Part shown: positions 44,463-57,837 of the stretch, one piece after another
Position numbering within the stretch: position 1 is the first letter of the stretch
Layout of the letters: the number at the start of each line of letters is the position of its first letter
The notes under the pieces: generated by a model
Database searches by the model: none
What the model was told of the DNA's origin: nothing
What the model saw: only the letters and a program-made list of their open reading frames with translations
Translations under genes and position numbers: made by a program
Source: Octopus vulgaris
Taxonomy: Eukaryota
DNA: 64,000 nucleotides
Direction of reading: 5' to 3'
NCBI GenBank assembly: GCA_951406725.2
Contig: OX597828.1
Span: 5,146,001 to 5,210,000 of the forward strand

Positions 44463-44506
44463 ATATGATGACAGTTAGTTAGTTAGACAGACATATAGAT
44501 AGATAG

Positions 44507-44657
<151 letters not shown>

Positions 44658-45047
44658 GATATGTATAAGTATGTACGTATTTCATTATATTATAAATCCG
44701 TGTCTCGAGTGAAAACTTATTCCTAAATAAGTATATCGAGAGTGGGTATGTGCTTTCAAATTCGACTAAAATATATCCATTATATTAACTCTACCCTTCT
44801 TGTAGATGTCTTGAAAGCATATATCTATATATGTATATATGATTATACTTACGAACACAGCCACCATACATATATATGTATATATACATTCATGTATAAT
44901 TACTTGTATATATGTGGTGCATATTTATATATATGCAGATATGTTTGGTTTTCGCTGAAACGAAAATAATTGCAGCGTGGAAGGTTTTTGTAAGCCATTT
45001 AAGAAACACACAAAAGCCGTTCGATTCACTTCAACATTTAAGTTTAA

Positions 45048-45097
45048 TTTGTCAAAATATTTTCGTCGCTAAAATCCGCGACCTGTTCACTGACAAA
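45048..45097 (-). ncRNA. Hammerhead-like motif with G3-C8 core (left arm)
   Basis: Reverse complement of 45738-45787. Confidence 0.65.
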
Positions 45098-45737
45098 AAT
45101 CCGTGCTGCATCTGAGAAAGTAACAGTTAGTTCGTCATATATATGTACGTATGTATGTGTGTATGTATGCATACACATATGTATGCATGTATGTATGTAT
45201 GTATGTATGTATGTATGTATGTATGTATGTATGCATGTACATACATACGCCTGTGTATGTATGTATGTATGTATGTATGTATGTATGTATGTATGTATGT
45301 ATGTATGTATGTATATATGTATGTGTGTGTATATGCACGCACATACACACTATAAACATAAAGCTATAAACCTGTAGTGATGGATAGATGTAGAGTGATA
45401 TTATTGTGATGAGTGGTCACTCTACATCTATCCATCACTACAGGTTTATAGCTTTATGTTTATAGTGTGTATGTGCGTGCATATACACACACATACATAT
45501 ATACATACATACATACATACATACATACATGCATACATACATATATACATACATACATACATACATGCATACACAAGCGTATGTACGTACATGCATACAT
45601 ACATACATACATACATACATACATACATACATACATACATACATACATGCATACATATGTGTATGCATACATACACACATACATACGTACATATATATGA
45701 CGAACTAACTGTTACTTTCTCAGATGCAGCACGGATT

Positions 45738-45787
45738 TTTGTCAGTGAACAGGTCGCGGATTTTAGCGACGAAAATATTTTGACAAA
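45738..45787 (+). ncRNA. Hammerhead-like motif with G3-C8 core (right arm)
   Basis: TTTGTCA-GTGAACA-G-GTCGC-GGATTTTA-GCGAC-GAA-AATATT-T-TGACAAA: 7 bp stem I, 5 bp stem II, palindromic stem III. Confidence 0.65.
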
Positions 45788-45864
45788 TTAAACTTAAATG
45801 TTGAAGTGAATCGAACGGCTTTTGTGTGTTTCTTAAATGGCTTACAAACACCTTCCACGCTGCA

Positions 45865-45901
<37 letters not shown>

Positions 45902-45936
45902 TTATGTATGCATGTATAGTTATATATATATATATG

Positions 45937-46004
<68 letters not shown>

Positions 46005-46028
46005 TTTGGATTTACTCCCTAATATTTC

Positions 46029-46068
<40 letters not shown>

Positions 46069-47135
46069 TATATGTAAGATAAGAACATCTTCAATATTAT
46101 TAAGATTAATTTCATTAAGATTTCTTGAATGGTTGTAAAGTCTCAGACTAGGAATAATATAATTAGTGTTTTTTAAAATATTATTTCAGTTCTACTATCT
46201 GAAGAAGAAAATACCAGAGGTCCCGAAGATTATTTTGTGTTTTATACTTGCAATTTAAGCTTTTGAAATTTGTTGAAAGGTCTCGAAAAATGAACTAAGT
46301 TTAAGCTGAAGTTAAAATGTCATATGCAATACGTAGTGTGTTATCTGAATTTGCTTGCAAGAGGTCAATATTGTCAAAGTTTTACCGTCGAAATTTTACA
46401 TGTAGCATTTATGATAAATTAGCAAAAATAAAATAGCAACATGAACTGAATCGTTAATGAGATGCTTGCTTGTAGATTATTCTTGGTCATTGTGACCTTG
46501 CATATTTTTAATGTTGCATTATTTGGCATGTAGATTCGATTCTTATTTTAGTATTCAAGCTATCTGAAGATCACTTGCATATCAGGAAGCTACGTTTCAA
46601 TCCATTGTAGAATTTACGAGAATAAACACTTTCTTGTTCATTCTTTGTTTACTTAAAAGGAAGATGTTAAGAAACGAAACGATAAATTCTTCCATTGATA
46701 TGCTTTGTTTATATCATAACATATTATATTATCTCTCCGAATAATACAACTGTAAATTTCCGATTCCAATGGTTTGATCTAATGACTTTGAAATAAAATG
46801 GACTTATCATTAAAAATGGATAACGACAAATTTATTAGTAACAGCTAAGAGCTTCTTTCATGGCATCAGTTTGTGTTTTTTCCTGAATGCATTAAAGTAT
46901 TTTCTTCCCTCCCTTACACATGTATGCCAGCAATAAAAATTTGTTAATCAACACATTACGTAAAATACAACGAAGCATTTTCGACAATCGTGGCATTATG
47001 TTTCGTAGTGTTCGTTTCTTATCCAAACCCTTACTTCAAACGTGTTTTAATCAATATTATTTGCTTCGTTGTGATTTAAACCACATAATCGCGTTGATTA
47101 ACTCCATGGAAGGAATCTCTTTCTATGCGTATATA

Positions 47136-47219
<84 letters not shown>

Positions 47220-47499
47220 TGACGTTTTAGATAGTTATAAGTTTAAGTTTTGAAGGAAACACAGAACGGAATTAGGTCGGGAGCTAATAAGAGATAATAA
47301 TACTAGGAAATGCGTTTGCATTACAGGAATTGTTGAGAGTTAGTAGTTACGAATTACGAATTAAGAGCTAAGCATATAATGCAAACATTATAAATTTTGG
47401 AACACTTATTTGAGCTCGAAAAAAGCAATCAAAGCTATGAGTGGGATAAAAATATTATCATTCGTTTTTAAGACATTGATTGCTCAAAATATTTATATG

Positions 47500-47716
47500 G
47501 TGAGCGTGCTGAAAAGTTCCTGGCTTTAAGGATATCATGAAAATGCTGTTTCACAGTCCAAACTTCCGAGTTCTTTTATAGGGTTGAGAAAAACTGAAGG
47601 GCCGCTGCAATATGTGAGTGAATCTGGGAGGGAAATATGTTGAATAAAATCATAATTCACTGGTCCTCCTGCATTTAATTTTACCCCAAACCAGGACTTT
47701 TCAGCACAACCTCGTA
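47500..47716 (+). mobile_element. Mariner-derived MITE / internal deletion derivative
   Basis: Inverted ends GTGCTGAAAAGTTCCTGG and CCAGGACTTTTCAGCAC. Internal remnant KLKGRCN..NLGGKYVE* resembles a mariner C-terminus. Confidence 0.75.
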
Positions 47717-48599
47717 CGTATAGATAAGTTGCTGACAGAGGAAACGAACAGTTGTGGAGACAGTAGAGGCAAATACAGATTTATGGGTTTTTTAGAAACG
47801 GTAGATATTTTAATCTTAGTAAAGTTTTAAACTAGAAAACAGGCGCTTGAAAATGTATACGTGTGCTCATAGAAATTCTCTGACCACAAATATCACATTT
47901 TCGTAATACATTATTTCTACGAATTATCCCACTACAAATACATATTAAAAACACATAGAGACGCATATATATAGATGGATAGAATATATTGATTTCAAAT
48001 GTTGAAACAAGTCCACTAATTTCGGGGTAGGAGATAAATGAATCACATCAACCCCAGTAAAGATGGAGCTGTCTTGCGTATTTTTGCCTTGTGCTTTCGG
48101 TACGTATTATAGCTACCTGATTATGCATTCGTTAGCGATCCTTCTGACGAGCTACATATACCATTTTCATTTATTTGGTCATTAATAGCGTAACTCGAGT
48201 ATAAGCTTAACTAATTTTTTATTCACTCTAGTGTTTATTAGCAGCATGCGTTAAGGGTTAGAGTTGGGTTCATTTTTTCATGGTTTGGGTTTAACTGCCC
48301 TTTTTAGCATGCAAGAGGTCCTGTCAAGAGCCTTCTCTCTGTCTATAAATCTTTATACACACTTATTTATAAAACTATTTTGTCTTATGACTTATATTAA
48401 GCATGCAAACCACTGGTAATAAATCATTTTAATTTTTTACCCCCAAACTTATATAAATATTTAAATTTCTCCCCCGCTTCTAATTCTTAGCAGGCCGTCT
48501 TTCTCTCCGCCTCCTCCGCTGAATACAACCGCAGAAGGCAGCAGCAGCAGCGACAACGGCGGTCATCAGTCAAATTTCACACTTATATATATATATATA

Positions 48600-49208
48600 C
48601 TAGATTACCCGTGGCCCGTTAGGTCACATATATTTCAAGGGACCTTGAAAAACTCGGAAACCTGTGGTCCGATTTACGCGAAACTTGTTTTATTCTGTTT
48701 GTATTCACATTTCAATGGTACTTTACATCCAAAGTCCCTTCCCATTGTGTGCCGGTTTGGCTATTTATAATGGTACCTTAAACAACCACGTATCTCGGTA
48801 ACTCTTGCTTGGATTCGCGTGAAACTTGCTTTATTCCATTTGTATTCACAATGATACCTTAGTTTCAAAGTATGCACGTGTTTGGCTCTATTCAATTACA
48901 GTCAAGCACGCATATAAGCAAATACACCAGCAGGTAGTCATAAAGATACCTGAAAATGCTGCGTAACTCGAGAACCCATGGTTCCGATTTACGCGAAACT
49001 TGTCTTATTCTGCTTGTATTCCCATTTCAGGAGCGTCTTACTTTCAGAATATTTTAGCACTTTGCGTCGCTTTGGCTGTATTAACTTACAGACAAGCACG
49101 CACCCAAGCAAGCTCGCAAACAAAGCTCTCCAAGTGTTCCCAGTAAAGAGTAATAACTCCAATAATTCCAATAACTCCAGACAAGCACGCAAGCAAGCAA
49201 TCTCTGAC

Positions 49209-49225
<17 letters not shown>
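48600..49225 (-). mobile_element. Non-autonomous Helitron-like element
   Basis: Minus strand ends GTGACCTAACGGGCCAC (hairpin) GGGTAATCTAG then T. (GCTT)n near the 5' end; three internal repeats GATT..CG.GAAACTTG..TTATTC at about 48670, 48812 and 48985. Confidence 0.65.
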
Positions 49226-49239
<14 letters not shown>

Positions 49240-49523
49240 ATTTCAACAATTGAGGGTAAAATTAATTAATTATTAATCAATTTCACCAAGTGTTCAGTAT
49301 GCAAAGGGACCATTTAAGGCGAATTCAAATTATTACATTATATAAAAGGGCTTAGTAAAATAAATTACTTTGCCGCATACTGAACTCATTAGAAATAGCA
49401 GCTAAAAAACTTTTTTAAAGCTATTTCTAATACTTAAAGAAAATCTCTCTCATTTAGTGTTTGCTTAACTCAACTCACAAAAGTTTGGGGGTAAGGACAT
49501 CAAAAAATCAAATGCAAAGGTTA

Positions 49524-49580
49524 TTTGAGAACGTACGTTTCAAGATTAGTCAATACGACACTTCTATCATCAGCTCAGAA
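49524..49580 (-). ncRNA. Type I hammerhead ribozyme, copy 1
   Basis: TGAG-CTGATGA-TAGAAGTGTCGTATTGACTAATCTT-GAAAC-GTAC-GTT-CTCA; stem III palindrome ACGTACGT. Confidence 0.8.
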
Positions 49581-50084
49581 ACTCCTTGGTTTGGATTTGA
49601 AAACACTGAAAGTAAGAACATACCCTTTCGGCTTCTCATCGCTTTCGAAGATCTGCTCGTAACTAACAGTGCCTACAAACTCAAATAAGCAAGCGAAGAA
49701 TTTCTGTTCTCCCCTTTCCACCAGCGTGGGTTAAAATCATCAAACACTATGCTTATTTCGGTAAAATCCGAAGCATTAATTAGAGGTAGATTAATTATAA
49801 TTTCAACAATTGAGGGTAAAATTAATTAATTATTAATCAATTTCACCAAGTGTTCAGTATGCAAAGGGACCATTTAAGGCGAATTCAAATTATTACATTA
49901 TATAAAAGGGCTTAGTAAAATAAATTACTTTGCCGCATACTGAACTCATTAGAAATAGCAGCTAAAAAACTTTTTTAAAAGCTATTTCTAATACTTAAAG
50001 AAAATCTCTCTCATTTAGTGTTTCCTTAACTCAACTCACAAAAGTTTGGGGGTAAGGACATCAAAAAATCAAATGCAAAGGTTA

Positions 50085-50141
50085 TTTGAGAACGTACGTT
50101 TCAAGATTAGTCAATACGACACTTCTATCATCAGCTCAGAA
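50085..50141 (-). ncRNA. Type I hammerhead ribozyme, copy 2
   Basis: Same sequence as copy 1. Confidence 0.8.
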
Positions 50142-50550
50142 ACTCCTTGGTTTGGATTTGAAAACACTGAAAGTAAGAACATACCCTTCAGTATGCGGCA
50201 AAGTAATTTATTTTACTAAGCCCTTTTATATAATGTAATAATTTGAATTCGCCTTAAATGGTCCCTTTGCATACTGAACACTTGGTGAAATTGATTAATA
50301 ATTAATTAATTTTACCCTCAATTGTTGAAATTATAATTAATCTACCTCTAATTAATGCTTCGGATTTTACCGAAATAAGCATAGTGTTTGATGATTTTAA
50401 CCCACGCTGGTGGAAAGGGGAGAACAGAAATTCTTCGCTTGCTTATTTGAGTTTGTAGGCACTGTTAGTTACGAGCAGATCTTCGAAAGCGATGAGAAGC
50501 CGAAAGGGTATGTTCTTACTTTCAGTGTTTTCAAATCCAAACCAAGGAGT

Positions 50551-50607
50551 TTCTGAGCTGATGATAGAAGTGTCGTATTGACTAATCTTGAAACGTACGT
50601 TCTCAAA
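50551..50607 (+). ncRNA. Type I hammerhead ribozyme, copy 3 (inverted arm)
   Basis: Same sequence on the plus strand. Confidence 0.8.
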
Positions 50608-50765
50608 TAACCTTTGCATTTGATTTTTTGATGTCCTTACCCCCAAACTTTTGTGAGTTGAGTTAAGCAAACACTAAATGAGAGAGATTTTCTTTAAGTA
50701 TTAGAAATAGCTTTAAAAAAGTTTTTTAGCTGCTATTTCTAATGAGTTCAGTATGCGGCAAAGTA

Positions 50766-50850
<85 letters not shown>

Positions 50851-51009
50851 GCTCCTTTTCATTTTCATCTTCTCTAGACAGTTTCCAGTTTCCCTGTATC
50901 CGATGAAGAGCCATGTCGAAAACTCATTTCTGTTGATATTTTTCTAATTCTATCTAAACTTTCACTGAGCGTCAATCTAATATATTGGCTGTAAACGTGT
51001 CTAATTGAA

Positions 51010-52358
51010 TGAGTGTGTCCAGAAAAGTACAGTGCTTGCGTTGATGGTGACTGGAAGGACAACACTTATAATGAAAGATAGAAGAAAGGGGAATATTGTG
51101 GGAAACTACCGTCCCATACCATGCCTAAACATAATCTGGAAGATACACAGTGGAATATGTGCGTCTAAGACATACCTTCCTGGAACAGGATGAAATACTA
51201 CCAAGATAACAAAAAGGATGTAGGAAGAGTTCTTAGAGTACTAAGGATCACTTGGTCATCGATAAAATGTTTTGAGGCATTGTTATAAACATCATACGAA
51301 CATGTCTATGGTTTGGTTTGACTTTAAGAAGCCATATGATATGATGCCTCATTCTTGGATCGTTGAATGCCTGCACAATGTTTGGTGTTGCTGAAAACAT
51401 CACGGATTTTCTGATATATAGCATGAAATAGTGGAAAACCAAATTGTACTTAAGTAATGTATTCCTTTGAGAAGTTAATATTAAAATGGTAATCTTCCAA
51501 GGTAACTCGTTTTCTCTGTTACTTTTTTGTAATTGCACTAATACCCATAACGATGACACTTAGAAAAGTTAAGATGGGTTACCGATGTTGTATGAAAGGC
51601 CCATCATTGAACTGCTTGATATTCCTTAGCCAAAAACAGTCCAGATATGTGGTAGAGAGATCGGTATGGAATTTGAGATTAGCAAATGCTCAGTACTTAA
51701 TATGAAAAGAGGGAAGAAAGCATCCTGCATAAGATTACGGTTACCATCAGGAGAGACCATGGTTGAACCAGACGGTAGTGTGTATAGATATTTAGGGATT
51801 TTGGAGCTACACAGAGAAATGAAAGTCAAGGTCAGCGAGGCGTATAAAAAAAGTGAAAATGATGTTGAAATCCAACCTAAATGCCAAATGGCATTACTGC
51901 AATGAATATCTGGGCAGTTATGGAGGTCAGATAGGAAATATCAACACTAGATGGGAGGAAGAGAAAGTTGATGACGCTGCATGGGGCGCTACACTCTAAA
52001 GCAAACGTAAACAGATTGTATATGAAAGGAAATAATGGTGGCAGGGGACCAATTAGTATAGACCATTGTATAAGGAACGAAAGGTGAACGCTTGCCGACT
52101 ATTTGATAAATAGTGATGAAAATCTGCGGCAATATGCCGCGAAAGATATAGGTGTAAATGCAGATGAAATGATTGGCAAGGAAGAGTTTAACCAAAGAGC
52201 TGAATAGAAGAGAAAAGACGACCTTCTTGAAATGAGAATGCATTGACAGTTTGAAAGGAATACACAGGACGTTAAGGATAATACAACATCGTGGGTATGG
52301 CTTGAGCGAGGTGATTTGAAGCGTACCACTGAAAGCCTGATCATTGCTGTACAAGATG
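51010..52358 (+). mobile_element. Second Dong/R4-like LINE RT relic
   Basis: GRTTLIMKDRRKGNIVGNYRPIPCLNIIWK, GIFQG-like IFQGNSFSLLLF, IGMEFEISKC, YRYLGILE and WLERGDLKRTTESLIIAVQD. Confidence 0.85.
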
Positions 52359-52387
52359 CACACATATGTGTGTGCGTGCGTGCGTGC

Positions 52388-52419
<32 letters not shown>

Positions 52420-52908
52420 AGTAGTAGTAGTAGTAGTAGTAGAAATTATCTGCTAGCCCTCTAGCTTGACTATTGCGAATAATATTGTTTACAAAATAAG
52501 CGAAATACAAAGCATAATAAATATTCGATTTCCGAGGTTTTGGTCAAGAAACAACTCACCTTTGTGCTTAGGATTAACTTATAGCTAAAAATTGATTTGC
52601 GTTCTGCGACAGCTGCTTCTGATTATATGCATGCATGCATGAAAGTATACATGTATATATCTATGTATGTAAGGAGAGAAATGTGAGGCAGTAAACGAAA
52701 TGGTCACATTTTCCTCTAACCGGTTTGTCATAATTGATCTTTTGCTCGCTCTGTCAATAGTGAGATGTAGATCTACAGAAATGATGGTGTCTACTCAAAG
52801 TGGTCGGTGTTTATACAATATTTTGGACTTCTCTATCGTTTCTGGCTTCGTTCTGTCATGTCTGGATGTCCATGTGTTCGAATGTTAATATACTGAAATT
52901 AGCGTCAA

Positions 52909-52946
<38 letters not shown>

Positions 52947-53067
52947 GCATGTATATAAGACGGGCTTCTTTCAGTTTCCATCTACCAAATCCACACACAA
53001 TACTTTCGTCGGTGTAAAGATATATAGAAGACACCATATGGATATATATATATATATATAGAGAGAG

Positions 53068-53114
<47 letters not shown>

Positions 53115-53361
53115 CAGATAGATAGATAGATAGATAGATATAGATAGATAGATAGATAGATATAGATAGATAGATAGATATAGATAGATAGATAGATATA
53201 GATACATATAGATATATATATATATAATAATTTGTAATTATATACATACTTACGACTAGGGTTCGGCTTCCACCTGTCTCTTCTATGCATATATATATAT
53301 ATATATATATGCATGTATGCATACTTAGACACACACACGCACACACACACACACAAACACA

Positions 53362-53440
<79 letters not shown>

Positions 53441-54096
53441 TATTTATATTATTATTTGATTGAACGTCACGCATCCAGTTCCAAGTAACTTTATCTTAAT
53501 CTTTTTGATGCGACTCTACTCTATACTATTTTCTCTCCCATCTTTTTCTCCCCTTCACCGTCTTCTATCTGTCGCTCTCTCTCTTCCCTCCTTCCTCTCT
53601 CTCTCTCTTTCTGGCATTGCTCACACGTGACTCTCGTACATTTTTCGTATCCTCACGTGATCGTCGTACTTCTCCTTCAAGACTGTACAAAACACTGGAC
53701 GCATTCTCCCTCTCACTTCTATCTTGTCTCTTTTCAACGAAAACATTTCTCCAACATTCGCTATTTTAACCTCGTCCTGGTCTAACGACCGTCCATGTTC
53801 GTTTTCGTTCGGCTTCCTTGTACGTCTCCAATGTCCTGTTTTTGTTTCCAACTTTGATCCTCCATAAATCCAAAATTTTATTTTGGTACTTATGGGAGTA
53901 ACTGTCGTCGAAGACTCATATTGTCGTTGAATGTTTGAAATGAAGGGTAGATAGACAGCCGAGATCTGATGAAGGGTCGATCTTTATGTTACTCTTCCTG
54001 TTTTCCGTTCGTTTCTCTCGTTGCTTGCGTATTGAACTCATTTGTTTTCGTATTTCATATTGTTTAATGTTGGCGACGTCCTGTATCCATATATGC

Positions 54097-54178
<82 letters not shown>

Positions 54179-54749
54179 TCACACACAATGCATGTATACA
54201 TTTATACGTACTTAACTATATCCTAATAAACATTTTGTATTTTTTGAATGATCTAATATAAACTCTTTGGAAATAAGTTTAAACTTTTCTACTCTAAAGG
54301 TTAATCTGAAACCAATGCATTCTTTCAATGCATACTACAAACTTACTTTCATGACTGTAATTGAGATTTAACATTTAAATTGAGCAACACATAATTGTTT
54401 TTATTGATTGAGTAAATTACATTGCATTCGAATAAAAAAAAATTTTCTTGCTCAAGATATGAAGGTCGGTCACTGATTATGCTTTTCTTTAGCGAATTAA
54501 CCTTACAAACTTAATTCCTACAATTACCAATCAATTTACCCGAATTATAATACAAACTCGTACTTGCCCAAGTGTAACATCTGCTTTCCTCAGGTATGTA
54601 TTATTAAAGAACAATGTAAAAGTATCTGAAATTAGTTAAGTTTCTCAGTATAATTTTCTACTAAATTCATTTTTTTTTAAATGCATGTTTAACTTGTCAT
54701 ACTGGTTTCAAATATTGCTTTAACTTAAAATATTAAAACATCACTCAAT

Positions 54750-54952
54750 GGGATGAGTTGGCAGAATAGTTAGCACGCCGGTCAAAACCCATAGCGGCAT
54801 TTTATCCGTCTTTACGGCCTGGTTTCAAATTATGCCGAGGTCCACTTTGATTTTCATCCCTTCGGCGTCGATAAAATAAGAATTAGCTGGAGTTCGTTTT
54901 CATTGACTTATCTCTCTCTAGGAATTGCTGACCTTGTGCCAAAATTTGAAAC
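54750..54952 (+). mobile_element. SINE family B
   Basis: GAGTTGGCAGAATAGTTAGCACGCCGG...TTCAAATTATGCCGAGGTC...TTCGGCGTCGATAAAATAAG. Confidence 0.8.
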
Positions 54953-57780
54953 CCATATTATAGCATCTCTCGTGATGAAACGACTCCGATGTTTTACTAT
55001 TTGTACTATTTTCTGATCCTGTTGATACTGTATACGCTGTGTTATTTGATATCTATTTAAAAGTGGAACGCTGCATATACAAAATCAATGCATAAAGACA
55101 GTTATCTAATTTCTATTTCAGTTGAACCGACTTTATGGAACCAATTATTCACAAAATTACATTTCTTTCGTAGACATTGTCATTGTAATATCGCGTGTCC
55201 CAGCATGGCCGCAGTGAAATATCTGAAACAAGGAAAAGTATGAAAGAATAAATGAATAACGTTAAATTGCATATAATCGTAAGTCACTCGTAAATCCGAG
55301 CTACTGTTATTCGTCTTCGAATCATATGATGAGAAATACATTGTATATTTAGTGGACGATGTCACATTTCTTTAGATTAATTCAATTATATGAAGTAACA
55401 TTATGAATGGAGGAAACCGGATTATATCTTCGAAATAAATAGTGTTGCGAAAACTGAGACAATTAGTCTTCATAAGAAAGTCTTCCCCCGTGCACTCTGC
55501 ATGTTAGATAATCTCTGTGACAAGTGAAGACGTTTAACTATCACGGAGCTATATTCACATATGATGAGAAATAGGAAGCTGAGTCGGATGCTATACCTGC
55601 AGATGGGAACGCAGTAATACGCCAGCTTCACCATTTGATCCTCAGGACACGAGAGGTTCGCAAAAATCCTAAAATTAATATCTTCGATAATGTTTTCGTG
55701 CTTGTCCCCACATATGGTGAAGAATGTTAGGCAATGACTAAAAGCGTACAGTGGCGAATATAGATCGCTAAAATGAAGTTCCTCTCGAAGATCTCTTGTG
55801 TAACGTTACTCGACAATTTAACGAATTTTTCCACTTCGAAGTGGCACATTCTCCTTGAGGCGTTTCAACTCCGATACTACTAACATGTGCTTAAAATGTC
55901 GCAGGAAGAAATAACTAGGCTGATGCTTCATGTCAAGCAAATTGACAGAAACCCTACTGGGTATATTATCAAAAAACAAGATTGTTGGTTAATATGTATA
56001 ATCTCAGTTGTTCACATTTAGGAATCTAACGGGTAAAAGTAATGACGATTGCTTCCGATAGGACTCTATACGGGAGGTTCCTGATAACGACCCTTCCTGG
56101 AGTTGGCAGAAAATAGAGGGATGCATGGATGAATGGACGGACGGACGGATGGACTGATGGATGGATGGATGGAGTAACGGATTTTGTGTTATATTTCGTA
56201 TGCTTTAAATTCAACCGCAAAACCTCCTACGGTTTACCCACATAAAGAAATTAATAGCAACTGTTGAATGCTAGAAATACTTATATGCCATAATAAACCT
56301 CAATAACAATATTTTAAAGCACGACTTCAAAATGAAATATAAAGATTGAAACTGCCCGCAGAAGTGGCAAAATACACAAGTCCTCGACCTAATATTTCAG
56401 ATATTAATATCTACTGAAATGATAAAGCGAATTATTACTGAACATTTAGAATGGTGACTGATTAATGATTGCAGAAAGTAGCTTAACGCATATTCAATCT
56501 CAAATCTAAAGTGTGCAAACGTTAAAAAATTAGAAGTGCGGCAATGTAGAGGGATAAAATGACATTTGTTTTTATTATCAAACTATATGGTTTCGTTTTA
56601 AAGGAAATACATTTATATCAGTTTATGGAAAAGAAAGTATATTCAAATAGAAATTATAAAATTATCATTTAAAAGTTCATTTTGGATCACTTCACATAAT
56701 GCTCCATTGAATATACACAGTATAATTGCCAAATGAGAACAGTAATTATTGTTTTCAATACATTCAAGTATTATGAATATGATGTAGAGATAAGTGCTAC
56801 AGGGTTCTCAGGTTTTACTATCACAAATAGTTCTCTGCTGTATAATAATAATTATGTGTCATCTATCTCAAGCCTTCCTCAAATGTCGTTAATTTTCGAT
56901 CTTTCAAGATACTACTTCACATATTTCTCAGCCCCGGCTCAATAAAATCATTCACTCCAGGAACCTCGTAATACTTTTTGGCACACAATCCTCCCTCATC
57001 AGATTTGCATTCTTGTATAATTCTTCCAAGCACAAGTGAGTTGGAGAGCGCTACAGATAGGGCTGTTGAATTTGAACATCAATGCCAACAATATACCCGA
57101 GCTTGGTGAGTTTTCATAATTTATTGCTATTATCCCACACCTCTCCAGCTAATTAATGCAAATAAATTATATTGTTATGAATATTAAAAATTATTATTGA
57201 TTTTTAAAAATCTTACTGATAAAATGATTACTTGTTCAAATTAATGAGAAAACGATAATTAACAAAATTTAGAAATAAAGGATGAATAATATAAAAGATG
57301 ATGAAAGAAAGCAAAGAAATACATATTACAGTAAAATGAACAGATGAAAGCGGAAGCTGTGAAGGACTGCCATTAAGAAGTGTACAAAATTGAAAGGAGG
57401 TGAATGGATGATATTAAATTCTGAAAACATAAGTATTTTAACACACAGTATTCAATTTCTTTGTGAAAGGTATTGATCTGTGATATGCCATATCATTATT
57501 GTCTCAACAAGTATGTTAAATGTTACAATATAAATGTCTGGTATAAAATGAATCTAATTTTCGTAAATATAGCCAAATTAATATAACCTAGTGTATTTTC
57601 GGTTAATGTATGCAAAACAATGTATTTACGTATGAATGTTTGGTTATCTGTTTGCTGACATACATAAATACATACGCACACGCTCACACATACACGCACT
57701 CACACACTCGCACATACACACATACACACACTCTCACACTGGCGCGCGTGTATACATACATGTATAAATTCATATATGCA

Positions 57781-57837
<57 letters not shown>

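Larger units (their letters stand above)
44968..45867. repeat. Long palindrome (about 430-450 bp arms, 18 bp spacer at 45399-45416)
   Basis: 44968-45398 is the reverse complement of 45417-45867. Arms contain unique sequence, a (TATG)n tract of differing length and an HHR-like motif. Confidence 0.95.
49237..50773. repeat. 560 bp unit in tandem (1.7 copies) plus a 587 bp inverted copy, flanked by (TA)n; three hammerheads
   Basis: 49241 repeats at 49801; 50187-50773 is the reverse complement of 49357-49944; copies are almost identical. Confidence 0.95.

Noticed and set aside
49461-50670. Two identical 75 aa ORFs on opposite strands (likewise the paired ORFs at 60097-60647)
   Set aside because: By-products of the inverted repeats, antisense to the ribozymes, with no recognisable motif.
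53940-54000. CTGATGAAGG hammerhead-like box
   Set aside because: No downstream stem II plus GAAA could be paired.
56932-57105. Exon-like segment bounded by TTTCTCAG and GTGAGT
   Set aside because: All three frames contain stops and there is no transcript evidence; a non-coding exon cannot be excluded.
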